Below are positions 51,812-61,661 of a stretch of 64,000 bases of DNA, one piece after another (within the stretch, counting starts at the first letter, position 1; every line of letters starts with the position of its first letter). A model generated the notes under the pieces. The model ran no database searches. It was given only the letters and a program-made list of their open reading frames with translations, and was not told the origin of the DNA. Position numbers and translations under genes: made by a program. This DNA is from Candidatus Bathyarchaeota archaeon (GTDB taxonomy: Archaea > Thermoproteota > Bathyarchaeia > Bathyarchaeales > Bathycorpusculaceae), in the NCBI GenBank assembly GCA_963767735.1, contig CAVYES010000007.1, positions 160,001 through 224,000 on the forward strand, in the 5' to 3' direction.

Positions 51812-52537
51812 GTGAAATTGTCAGAGGAGTCAGGCGCAAAAGAAGATTGCAAGATAACCGTTGTCGAGAATGGGCCCTATCTGGTTTCTGGAAGCATCCC
51901 ATTGTTTACTGCGATAATATCATGTGACGCACATGGGATTCCAGCTACATGGGTTATAGGAAAAAACTTGAAGACTACAGAAAATTATTTGTTATGCCGG
52001 TGCGGTCAATCCAAAAACAAGCCATTTTGCGACAGCAGCCACTTGAAAGTGAATTTTGACGGGACAGAAGCAAGTGACAATGAACCTTTCGAAAAAATGG
52101 CTAAGGAAATTGATGGTCCAGAATTAACGTTGAAGGATGCGGAAATTCTTTGTGCTTCAGCGCGTTTTTGCCATCGAGGCGGGGATATTTGGGATGCAAT
52201 TCCCAGGTCAAACAACCCGACTGTAAAGAAAAACGCGATAGAAAACGCCTTCGATTGCCCATCAGGCAGGCTTGTAGTTTTAGATAAGACAACGGGCAGG
52301 ATACTTGAGTCTGCTTTAGACAAGTCAATAGGCATAATTGAGGATCCAAGTAAAGGCGTAAGTGGGCCATTTTGGATTCGCGGTGGAATTCCAATCTACT
52401 CGGCAGATGGCAAACTCTATGAAGTGCGAAACCGCGTGACGCTTTGCCGTTGCGGAAAATCCACAAATAAACCGTTTTGCGATAGCAGTCATTATCCAGA
52501 AGAGTCGGACAGAGAACCCGCTAGAGAGGTGAAATAG
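51812..52537 (+). CDS. Twin CDGSH-type Fe-S domain protein with central Fe-S domain
   Basis: Two LCRCG.S.NKPFCDSSH motifs flanking C..ARFC...CPSG. Confidence 0.9.
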   Translation: MKLSEESGAKEDCKITVVENGPYLVSGSIPLFTAIISCDAHGIPATWVIGKNLKTTENYLLCRCGQSKNKPFCDSSHLKVNFDGTEASDNEPFEKMAKEIDGPELTLKDAEILCASARFCHRGGDIWDAIPRSNNPTVKKNAIENAFDCPSGRLVVLDKTTGRILESALDKSIGIIEDPSKGVSGPFWIRGGIPIYSADGKLYEVRNRVTLCRCGKSTNKPFCDSSHYPEESDREPAREVK

Positions 52538-52539
52538 AA

Positions 52540-52866
52540 ATGAGTAAAAGACAGCGAGAGCAAACGGAAGAAAACATTGAAGACATTTTGAAGTCTAAAG
52601 ATAAGGCATTTGTGCTCTTCTATGCTTCATGGTGCCCATATTCCCAAGAATTCCTTCCCGTTTTTAAAGAATACGCCAAAGCCAATCCGCAAGAATGCAT
52701 AAGCGTTGTGATCGATGACAAACCAGACCTATGCGACAAATATGCAATCGAATACTACCCTACTGTGCTTCTTTTTAAAAAGGGAATGGTGCACAAAAGA
52801 CTTGATGCCACGCCGGGAGCGGGATTAACAAAGAAGGAACTGTTAGAACTTACCAAAAATCCATGA
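52540..52866 (+). CDS. Thioredoxin-fold protein (CxxS)
   Basis: FYASWCPYS and YPTVLLFK motifs. Confidence 0.88.
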   Translation: MSKRQREQTEENIEDILKSKDKAFVLFYASWCPYSQEFLPVFKEYAKANPQECISVVIDDKPDLCDKYAIEYYPTVLLFKKGMVHKRLDATPGAGLTKKELLELTKNP

Positions 52867-52960
52867 AACGTATTGCGGCAACAGGAAACAATTTTGCATT
52901 CCAAGCTCGCTTCCGCAAAAGTATTTATAATTACCGCCATCAAGCAACTAAGTTTTGGGT

Positions 52961-53713
52961 TTATTTCCATTTAGTTAGTATTTCTTCTCTTTGGAAAGTT
53001 GCTTTGGCTAGGTAGAACAATGTGACGTCTACGACGGCTATTACTGCGGAAACTGCTAAGACGAGCAGGATAATGGGGAATGTGGTGAGTTCGATTGCAA
53101 AAACCAGCAGAAGTATCAGGGGGATAACGACGTATGTCCCGAGCTGCTGAGCTGCACGTATGTCGTTTACCCTGGAAGATATGATGACGTTGGCTTCGAC
53201 ACTTAAAACGCAGGCTAAAGGCGCCAGGACACCCAGTATTACTGCAAAATCTGTGTTCGGAAGCAAGAATAACCCGAATTTAATGTAGGACCAAACATCC
53301 ATTATTGTTAGGAATATTGCTGTGCCAATGTAAGTTACGCCCATAGTTGGGAGGAAGGTGGCTAAGCTTTTGCCCAACAGTAGCTCGCCATCTGTCGTCG
53401 GAGTAGCCAATAAGGGTTCAAGGCTTTTTTCGATTTTTTCGCCTACAATGCTGTACGAACCCATTATCGCAGGGAGAATTACGGGTATTATAACAAAATA
53501 CATCGAACCTGTGATTGCGACCGTATTAGCAGCACTAATGAATTGAACTCGTGTAAGTGTGGATGCTTGGGCTTCTAACGCATATGTGAGAATAAGGGGA
53601 AGTACCACGCCTGCGGCGAAGGGTAGGGCAATTAAGGAGTAGAGGATGTACTTGTTTTTCTTGAATACACTCAAGTCTTTTGAAGTTACTATCCATGACT
53701 TCCATAATCTCAT
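52961..53713 (-). CDS. ABC-2 type permease
   Basis: SIVGEK...SLEPLLATP...LLGK. Confidence 0.9.
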   Translation of the reverse strand: MRLWKSWIVTSKDLSVFKKNKYILYSLIALPFAAGVVLPLILTYALEAQASTLTRVQFISAANTVAITGSMYFVIIPVILPAIMGSYSIVGEKIEKSLEPLLATPTTDGELLLGKSLATFLPTMGVTYIGTAIFLTIMDVWSYIKFGLFLLPNTDFAVILGVLAPLACVLSVEANVIISSRVNDIRAAQQLGTYVVIPLILLLVFAIELTTFPIILLVLAVSAVIAVVDVTLFYLAKATFQREEILTKWK

Positions 53714-54639
53714 TACGCCGTCGCCTCCCGGATCAATTTCAAGTAGACATCTTCAAGGGTTGACCGCAACTCCGTTACGTATTGGATGTTTCCGCCCGCC
53801 GCTACAATCGCCCGCACCAACTCAGGATTATCTTTCTCTGGATCATCAATTTCGAGAATTAACTTATTGTCGCTGGTTTTCACGTTCTTCACCGCACTCA
53901 GCCCCTTAACAGCAGCTAAAACCGGGCTGGTGACGCCGTCCAGATGGACTATGGTTTTTCGATTGTATAAGCTGTGCTCCAAGTTTTTGGGTGAGTCAAC
54001 CGCAATTAGACGAGTTTTCAGGATGGCGATGCGGTCGCAGAGCCGCTCTGCTTCGTCTAGGTTGTGAGTGTTCAGGAAGATAGTGCGTTTCTCTTTTTTG
54101 AGGCCCAGAACAAAGTCCCGAACTGTTTTTGAGGCTTCCGGGTCCAAATTCGCTGTAGGTTCATCCAGAAACAACACTTGAGGGTCATGGATTAGGGCGC
54201 GGGCGATGGCGATTTTCTGTTTGGTGCCTTTTGAGAATGTGCCGACGGCGTCTTCTCTACGCTCCCAGATGCCCAGCAGCCGCAGGAGATGTTCAATGTT
54301 TTCCCGCCGCTTCGCTTCAGGAACCTCATAGAGTTTTCCGTAAAAGTCAAGGTTGCGGTAGGCACTTAAACTGTCGTATAAACCGACGTTTTCGGGCAAT
54401 ATGCCAACCATTTTTCTTATCTTGAGACAGTCAGCTTCATTGTCAACGGCAAAGTCGCCAATGCGGGCGTTACCGCTGGTTTTGCCGATTAAACAGCAGA
54501 GCATGCGCACAGTGGTGGTTTTTCCTGCGCCGTTGGGTCCAAGAAAACCAAAAACCTCACCCTCATCCACGTGCAGGGTGAGGTTATCTACAGCTGCTAG
54601 ATTGCCGAATTTTCGGGTGAGATTCTCGGTGTCAATCAT
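53713..54639 (-). CDS. ABC transporter ATP-binding protein
   Basis: GPNGAGKTT, FSKGTKQK and LDEPT motifs. Confidence 0.95.
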   Translation of the reverse strand: MIDTENLTRKFGNLAAVDNLTLHVDEGEVFGFLGPNGAGKTTTVRMLCCLIGKTSGNARIGDFAVDNEADCLKIRKMVGILPENVGLYDSLSAYRNLDFYGKLYEVPEAKRRENIEHLLRLLGIWERREDAVGTFSKGTKQKIAIARALIHDPQVLFLDEPTANLDPEASKTVRDFVLGLKKEKRTIFLNTHNLDEAERLCDRIAILKTRLIAVDSPKNLEHSLYNRKTIVHLDGVTSPVLAAVKGLSAVKNVKTSDNKLILEIDDPEKDNPELVRAIVAAGGNIQYVTELRSTLEDVYLKLIREATA

Positions 54640-54667
54640 GCCCTACTCTATCCAACATCAATTAGGT

Positions 54668-54937
54668 TTAAGCTTTTTCGTATTTAGATTCTTCTATACG
54701 CTTCTTTTCCAGCTCTTCCTCGGTTGGTTGAGTTTCAACGGTTTGCTGTTCTTGGCTTTTTTCTCGCTCAGGATAAGTGATTTGATCTTTGACAGAGGAC
54801 ATTAGGTTAAAGAAGCTACGTTTCCCACAGGCAGGACACTTGTATAACCTCAAAGGCCCAAGGCGCACAGCTGAATCAAATGGTGCATAATTTTTTTCGA
54901 AGACGGCTCCACATTTCTTGCATTTTAGCCTAGCCAT
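54668..54937 (-). CDS. Small Zn-ribbon protein
   Basis: CKKC...CPAC with charged tail; upstream of the ABC genes. Confidence 0.75.
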   Translation of the reverse strand: MARLKCKKCGAVFEKNYAPFDSAVRLGPLRLYKCPACGKRSFFNLMSSVKDQITYPEREKSQEQQTVETQPTEEELEKKRIEESKYEKA

Positions 54938-55119
54938 GCTGAATCAACGTAAGTCATTTCTCAATGTTAGATTAAAGTTTACCTGACAGGTAAAATCTTT
55001 TGCCATAAATTTAATCAACATGCCTGTTATGTTAGCATATTCTTTGGGTTAAGCCGTCGATAAATTGAAGGCTCGCTTGGTAGTTAATCTTTTTTAGATT
55101 GACCTGTTTGTTTTGAGAT

Positions 55120-56361
55120 ATGACTACTGCCATTTTTTGGCGCAGGGATGTACTTTCAAACGGTTTAAGAGTTCTACTATTCCCACGGCAATCTGCAAAT
55201 ACGACGCAATTATCAATCGCTGTTGAATATGGGTCGAATCAAGAACCCGAAGAAATAGCCGGATCCGCCCATTTCCTTGAGCACATGCTGGCGGGAGGTT
55301 CAACAAAACGAATTCAACTGTCTCGAGGAATCGAAAATTCCGGCGGAATTTTAGACTTTTACACCGAACACGAGTATATGATGAGCACCATGAATATCTT
55401 GCCCATTAAGTTAGCTGAAGCTTCTTTTGTCCTTTCCGAATTGCTTTTTAGCCACAGTTTTGAAGAAGAAAAATTCAAACAAGAACGCAAAATAATTCTA
55501 AACGAACTAGCGGAATCCTCAGATGACCCGACAGAACAAGTTGAAGAATTGTTGCTTAAGAGTTTATTTAAAAAGCATCCTGTGAAGCGTCCAATTGGCG
55601 GTTTCTCAAAAACCATAAAACAATTAAATTTAAATCAACTGCGCAATACACATGAAACAAATTATATTCCTCAAAACATGATATTGATATTAACGGGTAG
55701 TTTCTCTGAAAAAGAAAGTGAAATAATCCTTAAAGATTTTGAGAGCAAAACTACCGAGAAAACGCTTTTAAGAAAGACAACTCCCGTTGAATTGGGTAAT
55801 CCTGAGCCGCTGGTTATAAAGAAAAAACCGGGATTAGCACAAACATATCTGAGCATCGGGGCTAGGACGGTTAGTTCAAGTCAAAAAGACGCACCTGAGT
55901 TAGATGTGTTAAGTGCATTACTTGGTGGAGGCAATAGCTCAAGATTATTTATAGAACTGCGTGAAAAGAACGCCTTTACTTATGATGTCAATTCGTACAA
56001 TGACGTAGGTGTAGATTTTGGTTACTTCAGCATCAACTGCGCCGTGAAAAATAAAAATTTGGTTAAAACAAAGGAAATAATCCTTAAAGAATTATCTAAA
56101 CTGAGAATGGAAAAAATTCGAAACGATGAACTTGAAAGAAGCAAAAACTTGATTATTGCGGATATTCTCAGGGGAATAGATAATCCTCAGGAAACCTCAG
56201 AAATTCTTGCTTATATGGAAATACAATTTAACAGTGAGACATCATTAGTAGACTACATCAGCAAAATCCAGGCAGTTTCAAATGAGAATATAATGGATGC
56301 TGCCAACACTTACCTTCAGGAAGATAATCTTTCAACAGTTCTTCTTAGCCCAAAAAAATAA
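55120..56361 (+). CDS. M16 family (pitrilysin-like) peptidase
   Basis: AHFLEHM, ERKIILNE and SSRLF.ELREK..Y motifs. Confidence 0.92.
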   Translation: MTTAIFWRRDVLSNGLRVLLFPRQSANTTQLSIAVEYGSNQEPEEIAGSAHFLEHMLAGGSTKRIQLSRGIENSGGILDFYTEHEYMMSTMNILPIKLAEASFVLSELLFSHSFEEEKFKQERKIILNELAESSDDPTEQVEELLLKSLFKKHPVKRPIGGFSKTIKQLNLNQLRNTHETNYIPQNMILILTGSFSEKESEIILKDFESKTTEKTLLRKTTPVELGNPEPLVIKKKPGLAQTYLSIGARTVSSSQKDAPELDVLSALLGGGNSSRLFIELREKNAFTYDVNSYNDVGVDFGYFSINCAVKNKNLVKTKEIILKELSKLRMEKIRNDELERSKNLIIADILRGIDNPQETSEILAYMEIQFNSETSLVDYISKIQAVSNENIMDAANTYLQEDNLSTVLLSPKK

Positions 56362-56417
56362 TTTACTTCTTTATGAGATAATTGTGGAAGTAGTTTTTTC
56401 AAGCTACTATTGTTAAT

Positions 56418-56635
56418 GAGGTGCCGTTTGGCAGACTCCTCTAACTGCCTGAAAGGATGCCCAGAAATACACATTTGGGAGCCTAAGCCCCATAGTGCAG
56501 ATTTGGGACGGAGCCATATCTTGGCAGCAGGTTTGTCTACCAAACGACTCGTTCAGTTCGTCGCCAATATCCTAACGTGATTAAAAGGAAAATAAGGGTT
56601 TGCGGTAGTGCCATGGCAGTCACAAGCAACCTGCA
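56418..56635 (-). ncRNA. Candidate structured non-coding RNA of unknown class
   Basis: 14-bp long-range helix (56535-56548 with 56423-56436) with two G-U pairs only on the minus strand, enclosing three hairpins; GC-richer than nearby spacers. Confidence 0.4.
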
Positions 56636-56707
56636 AGCTTTCGCTGAATAGATTTAACTATAAATAAGGAGCTATAGTTTTTGTTAACTCTTGAGGCGAA
56701 ATAGAAG

Positions 56708-57037
56708 TTGAATTTGGAAGAGATGAAGAAGCAAATAGAATCTCTTGTAATAGCAAAAGGATTTTACAATAACCCCGAGGATATTCCAAAGAAACTGCTC
56801 TTCGCTTTCATAGAGCTGGGCGAAGCTAGCGATGCTTGGAAAAAAGGATTGACTGAAGAAAAAATAGCTGAAGAACTAATCGACGTGATGTTTTATGTTT
56901 TAGATGCAAGCCGCTTAGCCTGCCCAAACATGAACCTCGACGAAGTATTCCAAAAAAAACTTGAAAAAAACTTTAACCGCCCGTTCCAATACGGCGAAGG
57001 CCACCGCAAGAAACAGTCAGAAGAAAACAAAAAGTAA
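56708..57037 (+). CDS. MazG-like nucleotide pyrophosphohydrolase
   Basis: ELGEASDA...AEELIDV. Confidence 0.85.
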   Translation: MNLEEMKKQIESLVIAKGFYNNPEDIPKKLLFAFIELGEASDAWKKGLTEEKIAEELIDVMFYVLDASRLACPNMNLDEVFQKKLEKNFNRPFQYGEGHRKKQSEENKK

Positions 57038-57051
57038 CAGACGAAGTTTTT

Positions 57052-57510
57052 ATGGCACCTCTTTCAAGTAGTTGTGGACCAAAAGTGGACTTTACTTATC
57101 CTGTTTACATACAGTTTGATTGCAATAGATGTGGTTTATGCTGCTGTGACACAAAACAAAAAACTAGGCATATTCTTCTTTTAGAAGCTGAAGCCAAAAA
57201 GATTGCCTCTCATACCTCTCGGCCCATACTTGATTTTTCAGTGGAAAATAAGGATCAGCTTCCCTACGTTTATGAAATGAAAAAGACATGCGAAGGCAAA
57301 TGCATCTACTTAAAACGTAATCAATGCAGCATTTACCCATTAAGGCCTTTAATCTGCAGGTTTTACCCCTTTGAGTTAAAATTCGACGAGAAGAAAGGTT
57401 TGCATAATTTTGATTTTACGTTTGAGTGCCCAGGAATAAACCAAGGCAAACTTATAGGTGAAAAAGATTTTAAAAAATTGTTCAAGTTGGCGCAAGAAAG
57501 CTTAGAATGA
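57052..57510 (+). CDS. YkgJ-family cysteine-cluster protein
   Basis: CNRCGLCC...CIYL...CSIY..RP..CRFYPF. Confidence 0.88.
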   Translation: MAPLSSSCGPKVDFTYPVYIQFDCNRCGLCCCDTKQKTRHILLLEAEAKKIASHTSRPILDFSVENKDQLPYVYEMKKTCEGKCIYLKRNQCSIYPLRPLICRFYPFELKFDEKKGLHNFDFTFECPGINQGKLIGEKDFKKLFKLAQESLE

Positions 57511-57518
57511 GGCTATCA

Positions 57519-58025
57519 CTAGAGTTGTTGGAGCACATCGGGCTGTTCTAAAATGATGCCGCAGTAATGACACTTTAATGACAAGGGCTCCTCGTTTTTA
57601 ACGTAAAACTTTGACACTACTGGTTCTTCGCTGTTACTTATACAACACGGATTTACGCATTTAACTATCCCTTTAATAGCTTTCGGTAATTTAACTTCCA
57701 GCTTTTCAACAACCTTGTAATTATGGATAATGTTGATTGATGCGTGAGGAGCAACCAAAGCAATCCTGTTAACTTCCTGCGAGTTAAGTGCTCTACCCTC
57801 AAACTTCACAATGTCCTTAACTCCGAAGCGTTTGCTTGGAATATTAATTGCAATAGTGATTACCCGTTTTTCCTTACCGGTAATTCCTAAAATCTTGATG
57901 ACGTCCAACGCGTATCCACCTCTAATGTGGTCGATAACTGTACCATCTTTGATTTTTGACACCCGAAGTTCCATTTCGCTCATTTGAATCCTTGTCCAGT
58001 AAAAGACTATTGCATCCGGCACCAA
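57519..58025 (-). CDS. pyrI: Aspartate carbamoyltransferase regulatory subunit; likely start at MSEMELRV
   Basis: VSKIKDGTVIDHI, KDIVK, C.NP.CI and C.YC motifs. Confidence 0.95.
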   Translation of the reverse strand: MVPDAIVFYWTRIQMSEMELRVSKIKDGTVIDHIRGGYALDVIKILGITGKEKRVITIAINIPSKRFGVKDIVKFEGRALNSQEVNRIALVAPHASINIIHNYKVVEKLEVKLPKAIKGIVKCVNPCCISNSEEPVVSKFYVKNEEPLSLKCHYCGIILEQPDVLQQL

Positions 58026-58055
58026 ATAAGATTTTACATTAAAAATGGGGGACTA

Positions 58056-58778
58056 TTATAGGCGAGATGAACGCAGGTCAATGACAGTTGTACCGGCAAA
58101 CTTGTCAAAGTACCTCATGAATGTGGGATTTTTGAGTCGCCACCCAATAAGCAAGTCAAAGGGCAACAGAGGCAAAATTTTCCCAAAGTTCCTAACTGCT
58201 GCATGGTCATAGAACATTTTCTTTCCGTCAGTTCTAACGACCTTCAAACCCATAATGCGCTTGCCTATGGTTTGACTGTTGAATCCTTCAAGCAAAGTAG
58301 AGTAAAGCCAAAGAAGCCCCACGGTAATGAAAAGCACTGTACCGGTTAAAGCAGTTAAAAAGGTTGGTACCGACATAGAAAGGACCTGAGGCAGAAAAAT
58401 TATCGCCATCGTAATTGCGAGTATTAATGCGAAATCGATTAGAAAAGCAAAAATTCTGTTTTTTAATGAAGCAAGCGGAAGTTGGCTTTCTTTTCTTTGT
58501 ACATCCGCCACTTCTGCCCAACCTTCCACGTCATGGATAACTCTTACTGCGCTTTCACCAGCCCTGCTTAACTTATACTTACCAGTAGGGGTTTGCTCTA
58601 TGAAAACCTCTAACGAGCGAAGGTGAAAACTTAATTTTCCCGTATCAACCTTTAGCAAATTCAGCAGTTCAGTGAAAGATGACTCGCCTTTTTCGCTCAG
58701 GTTAAGCAGTATTTCACGTCGTAAAGGATGGGAAAGGATCGAAAGTATCTTTGAAATATGTTCTTGATCTACTGCCAT
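58056..58778 (-). CDS. wHTH + RDD-domain membrane protein
   Basis: ArsR-like HTH, then R..AFLID...QTIGKRIMGLKVV...D.FAGT.V. Confidence 0.85.
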   Translation of the reverse strand: MAVDQEHISKILSILSHPLRREILLNLSEKGESSFTELLNLLKVDTGKLSFHLRSLEVFIEQTPTGKYKLSRAGESAVRVIHDVEGWAEVADVQRKESQLPLASLKNRIFAFLIDFALILAITMAIIFLPQVLSMSVPTFLTALTGTVLFITVGLLWLYSTLLEGFNSQTIGKRIMGLKVVRTDGKKMFYDHAAVRNFGKILPLLPFDLLIGWRLKNPTFMRYFDKFAGTTVIDLRSSRL

Positions 58779-58936
58779 GTTTCAGAACCAAATATTATGT
58801 TAACTTGTTAATTATGGGCGGTTTTGGCATATTTAACAGTATTCTTACAGTACTGCCATATAAGTCCAACCCAAAAAACTCGGGTAATGTTAGGGAAAAC
58901 ATAGTCTTTAAGTGAAAAGAAGCTATAATTTACGTT

Positions 58937-59836
58937 GTGTCAAGCGCTGAAGTGGCAGTTAAGGTATTCCGACAACTTGAAAGTGAAGATTTCAGAATAC
59001 TAAACATAATCGAATCCGCTATGAGCAAACGTGAATTTGTACCAGTAGAGCAAATAAAAAAATATGCAAAACTGCCAATGGACCGCATAGAATTTACTTT
59101 AGGCAAACTAAACAAGCTGGGATTAATATACAGATCAAAAGGAGCTTACGTTGGACACACCTTGAACTATGCAGGCTACGATTCCCTGGCGATAAATACC
59201 CTTGTCAAAGCAGGCGTAATTGACTCGTTTGGGGGAAGTCTTGGGGTTGGGAAAGAAGCGGATGTTTATGACGCATTAAGTTCCAGTGGCAAACGTATAG
59301 CAGTGAAATTTCACAGACTAGGCAGAATAAGTTTTAGGCAAACGAGAAGAAAAAGAGGCTACATACGAGAGCATTCCACGTGGCTTTTCCAATCGCATGT
59401 CTCAGCAGAAAAAGAGTTCCAAGCGATGCAACTTGTTTACAAAAACGGCGTTTCAGTGCCAGAACCAATAAGCCAAAACAGGCATGTTATTGCCATGGGA
59501 ATGATTGAAGGCGCAGAATTATCCAAATACAAAGAAATTTCAAAGCCGGAAAAAATCTTAAAAGAAATATTGCGCAATGTTAGGAAGGCGTACTTGAAAG
59601 CGCATGTTATTCACGCAGATCTCAGCGAATACAACATCATCCTAAAACCCGATGGGCACATACTCATTATTGACTGGCCCCAATACGTGATGTTTAATCA
59701 TGCGAACGCGCAGGATTTGCTTGAGCGAGACCTTAAAAACGTGCTTACTTTTTTCAACCGCAAGTTTAATGTAAAAGTAGCTATTGAAGAAGCCTGCGAT
59801 TATGTAACTGGGAAAACCAGAAGTCTGGTTATTTAA
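58937..59836 (+). CDS. rio2: Rio2-type Ser/Thr kinase
   Basis: N-terminal wHTH, GVGKEADVY, KFHRLGRISF, HADLSEYN and IDWPQ motifs. Confidence 0.92.
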   Translation: MSSAEVAVKVFRQLESEDFRILNIIESAMSKREFVPVEQIKKYAKLPMDRIEFTLGKLNKLGLIYRSKGAYVGHTLNYAGYDSLAINTLVKAGVIDSFGGSLGVGKEADVYDALSSSGKRIAVKFHRLGRISFRQTRRKRGYIREHSTWLFQSHVSAEKEFQAMQLVYKNGVSVPEPISQNRHVIAMGMIEGAELSKYKEISKPEKILKEILRNVRKAYLKAHVIHADLSEYNIILKPDGHILIIDWPQYVMFNHANAQDLLERDLKNVLTFFNRKFNVKVAIEEACDYVTGKTRSLVI

Positions 59837-60078
59837 TGTTTATCTGCGTCTAGCACGATGTAGAGAACGTTGTTTCCGCGAAGCAGCACATTGCCATAGT
59901 TTGTCATCAATTGTTCATCTTTGGACTCGTTTGCGCCTTCAAGAAGAATATTCATGTGCCCGTCACATTTTATCATTTTTCCCTTATAGTCATAACCGTT
60001 TTTGAGAATAACTTCAATATTTCCGTGCAACTGTTTTATGAGAACATTCAACGGTTTCTTACTTGGTTCCATCGTCAT
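59833..60078 (-). CDS. Sm-like (LSm/SmAP) RNA-binding protein
   Basis: V.LKNG..Y.G....D.HMN...RGNNV. Confidence 0.92.
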   Translation of the reverse strand: MTMEPSKKPLNVLIKQLHGNIEVILKNGYDYKGKMIKCDGHMNILLEGANESKDEQLMTNYGNVLLRGNNVLYIVLDADKH

Positions 60079-60268
60079 AATTATCGTGTCCTAGTATATT
60101 GTTTGTAATATCCATGAACCTATGACCCAATATAAAAGCCTTATGAAAACCATTAGCGCAACTGAAAATAAAAGCCTCATTTAAGGTCTTTGGTAAAAGT
60201 TATGGAAAGCGTTCGTCAGCTAAATGGCTAAAAAAAGAGACTTGGGGTAGATGCTTGTACAGGGCATT

Positions 60269-60522
60269 TTAGATTCTGGACAGTAGTGATAAGAGTGCAA
60301 CTACTAGGAAAGCAATGCCAGTCCAAAACAAGTCACCACCAGTAAGGAAATACACGATGCTGCAACTATAATTGCTGGAATCAGAATTAGAAAAAGTTTT
60401 ATCAGAATTATTATTATCAAGCCAATTATGACCAGAATGATAAGAAATGGAATGCTAATTGCGCCAAGCCCCAAGCTGCTTAGAACAGAACATATTATCG
60501 GTAAAAACAATGCGAAGTTCAT
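60269..60522 (-). CDS. Small hydrophobic membrane protein (frameshifted near its end)
   Basis: Ile/Leu-rich ORF continuing as LTGGDLFWTGIAF...LLSRI* in other frames. Confidence 0.55.
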
Positions 60523-60592
60523 GAGTTATCCTCAATAAAAATGTGTTGAATGCAAGTAATATACATTTTTGCCGCGGCTTGTCGGTAAAAAT

Positions 60593-61105
60593 TTAGGTTT
60601 TAATTTTTGATTTGATTTTTGGAATAACCTCTTTTTGCGTTTGCACAACCCCGTAGGTTGTTATCCTAAACTTATCGTCCAAAGTCTTCTGTACCACTCC
60701 ATTTTTTGCAAGTTCGCCTAAGCGCGTGCTGGTTATTTTGCCGCTTTTTTCAAGCTTAACTTGCAGCTCATCTTTCGATTGTGAGTCGCTGTTGAGCATG
60801 CCTAGTTGGTGCCCAAGGTACTGGGCGGCCAGCCAAATCGATAAGGCTTCATTATCCGTTAACTTGTTCTTAGGAGTCAGCAGGCTTGCGCCGTCGCCTG
60901 AAAAAGCCACTATGCCGTTTAAGTCTTTGGCGAGCTGCTGAAGGTCAACGCTTAGCCAAAGTTTTTGTGCTATTTCGAATGAGGGAATAAAGTCTTTGAA
61001 AAACTGGTTTACCAAGAGCCATGCATCTTGCGGGTCAGCGGAAAACTGCTGCTCAATTCCTTTATATTTGATTTGAACTTGGATTTTTTCTGCTTTTTGG
61101 CTCAA
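60593..61105 (-). CDS. Hypothetical protein with C-terminal wHTH
   Basis: 170-aa ORF; TSTRLGEL..NG.V....FRIT..G. Confidence 0.75.
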   Translation of the reverse strand: MSQKAEKIQVQIKYKGIEQQFSADPQDAWLLVNQFFKDFIPSFEIAQKLWLSVDLQQLAKDLNGIVAFSGDGASLLTPKNKLTDNEALSIWLAAQYLGHQLGMLNSDSQSKDELQVKLEKSGKITSTRLGELAKNGVVQKTLDDKFRITTYGVVQTQKEVIPKIKSKIKT

Positions 61106-61587
61106 CTCATTTTGCCTCTAAGCTTCTTGAGAACTTCTTCTTCAACCCATTTCTCGCCTTGAATTGTGAGCTTAAAATCTGGCTTGTTCGGGTCAGGCTT
61201 GAACACTTGCCCCCGCTTAGTCATCTCATTGAGTCGTGCTGGCACCATGCTTTTTATTCCGCTGGACTCCAAAAGCTTAGTTATTTGCGCCGCCGTGTTT
61301 TTTCGGTCTTGAGACGCGTAAAGAACCAAGCCGACTGCTTCGTAGTGGGTGAGGCTTTCGCGGGTAACTATGACTGGGCCTTCGGTTGTAGGTTCAACTA
61401 TGCCTTTTAACTGTGCTCCCGACGGCGTTAGCTTGTTTGAAACGAAATCAGATAGTTTCTCAACAAAGTTTTCAGGGATAATTCCCAACATGTCAAGAAT
61501 TTCTTGAGGGTTCTCGCCTTCAATGACGACTTCTCCGAAAGGGGTTTTTATACGTACTTCAATGTGCTTCATTTTACGCTTCTCCAC
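61102..61587 (-). CDS. Hypothetical protein with C-terminal wHTH (similar to 60593-61105)
   Basis: PARLNEM.KRG.V....FKLT..G; overlaps the next gene by 4 bp. Confidence 0.75.
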   Translation of the reverse strand: MEKRKMKHIEVRIKTPFGEVVIEGENPQEILDMLGIIPENFVEKLSDFVSNKLTPSGAQLKGIVEPTTEGPVIVTRESLTHYEAVGLVLYASQDRKNTAAQITKLLESSGIKSMVPARLNEMTKRGQVFKPDPNKPDFKLTIQGEKWVEEEVLKKLRGKMS

Positions 61588-61661
61588 TTACCCATTGCTA
61601 TACACTATGTTAAGCCTTTTTAGGATTTGCGGCTCAGCGCTGACTTTTGCGAGTAAAACGG

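Noticed and set aside
56316-56543. 75-aa minus-strand ORF, and a plus-strand lysine-riboswitch look-alike (GAGGTGC...GAAAGG)
   Set aside because: The ORF lacks an SD and overlaps the peptidase end; the riboswitch spacing is far too short and the helix wobble pairs favour the minus strand
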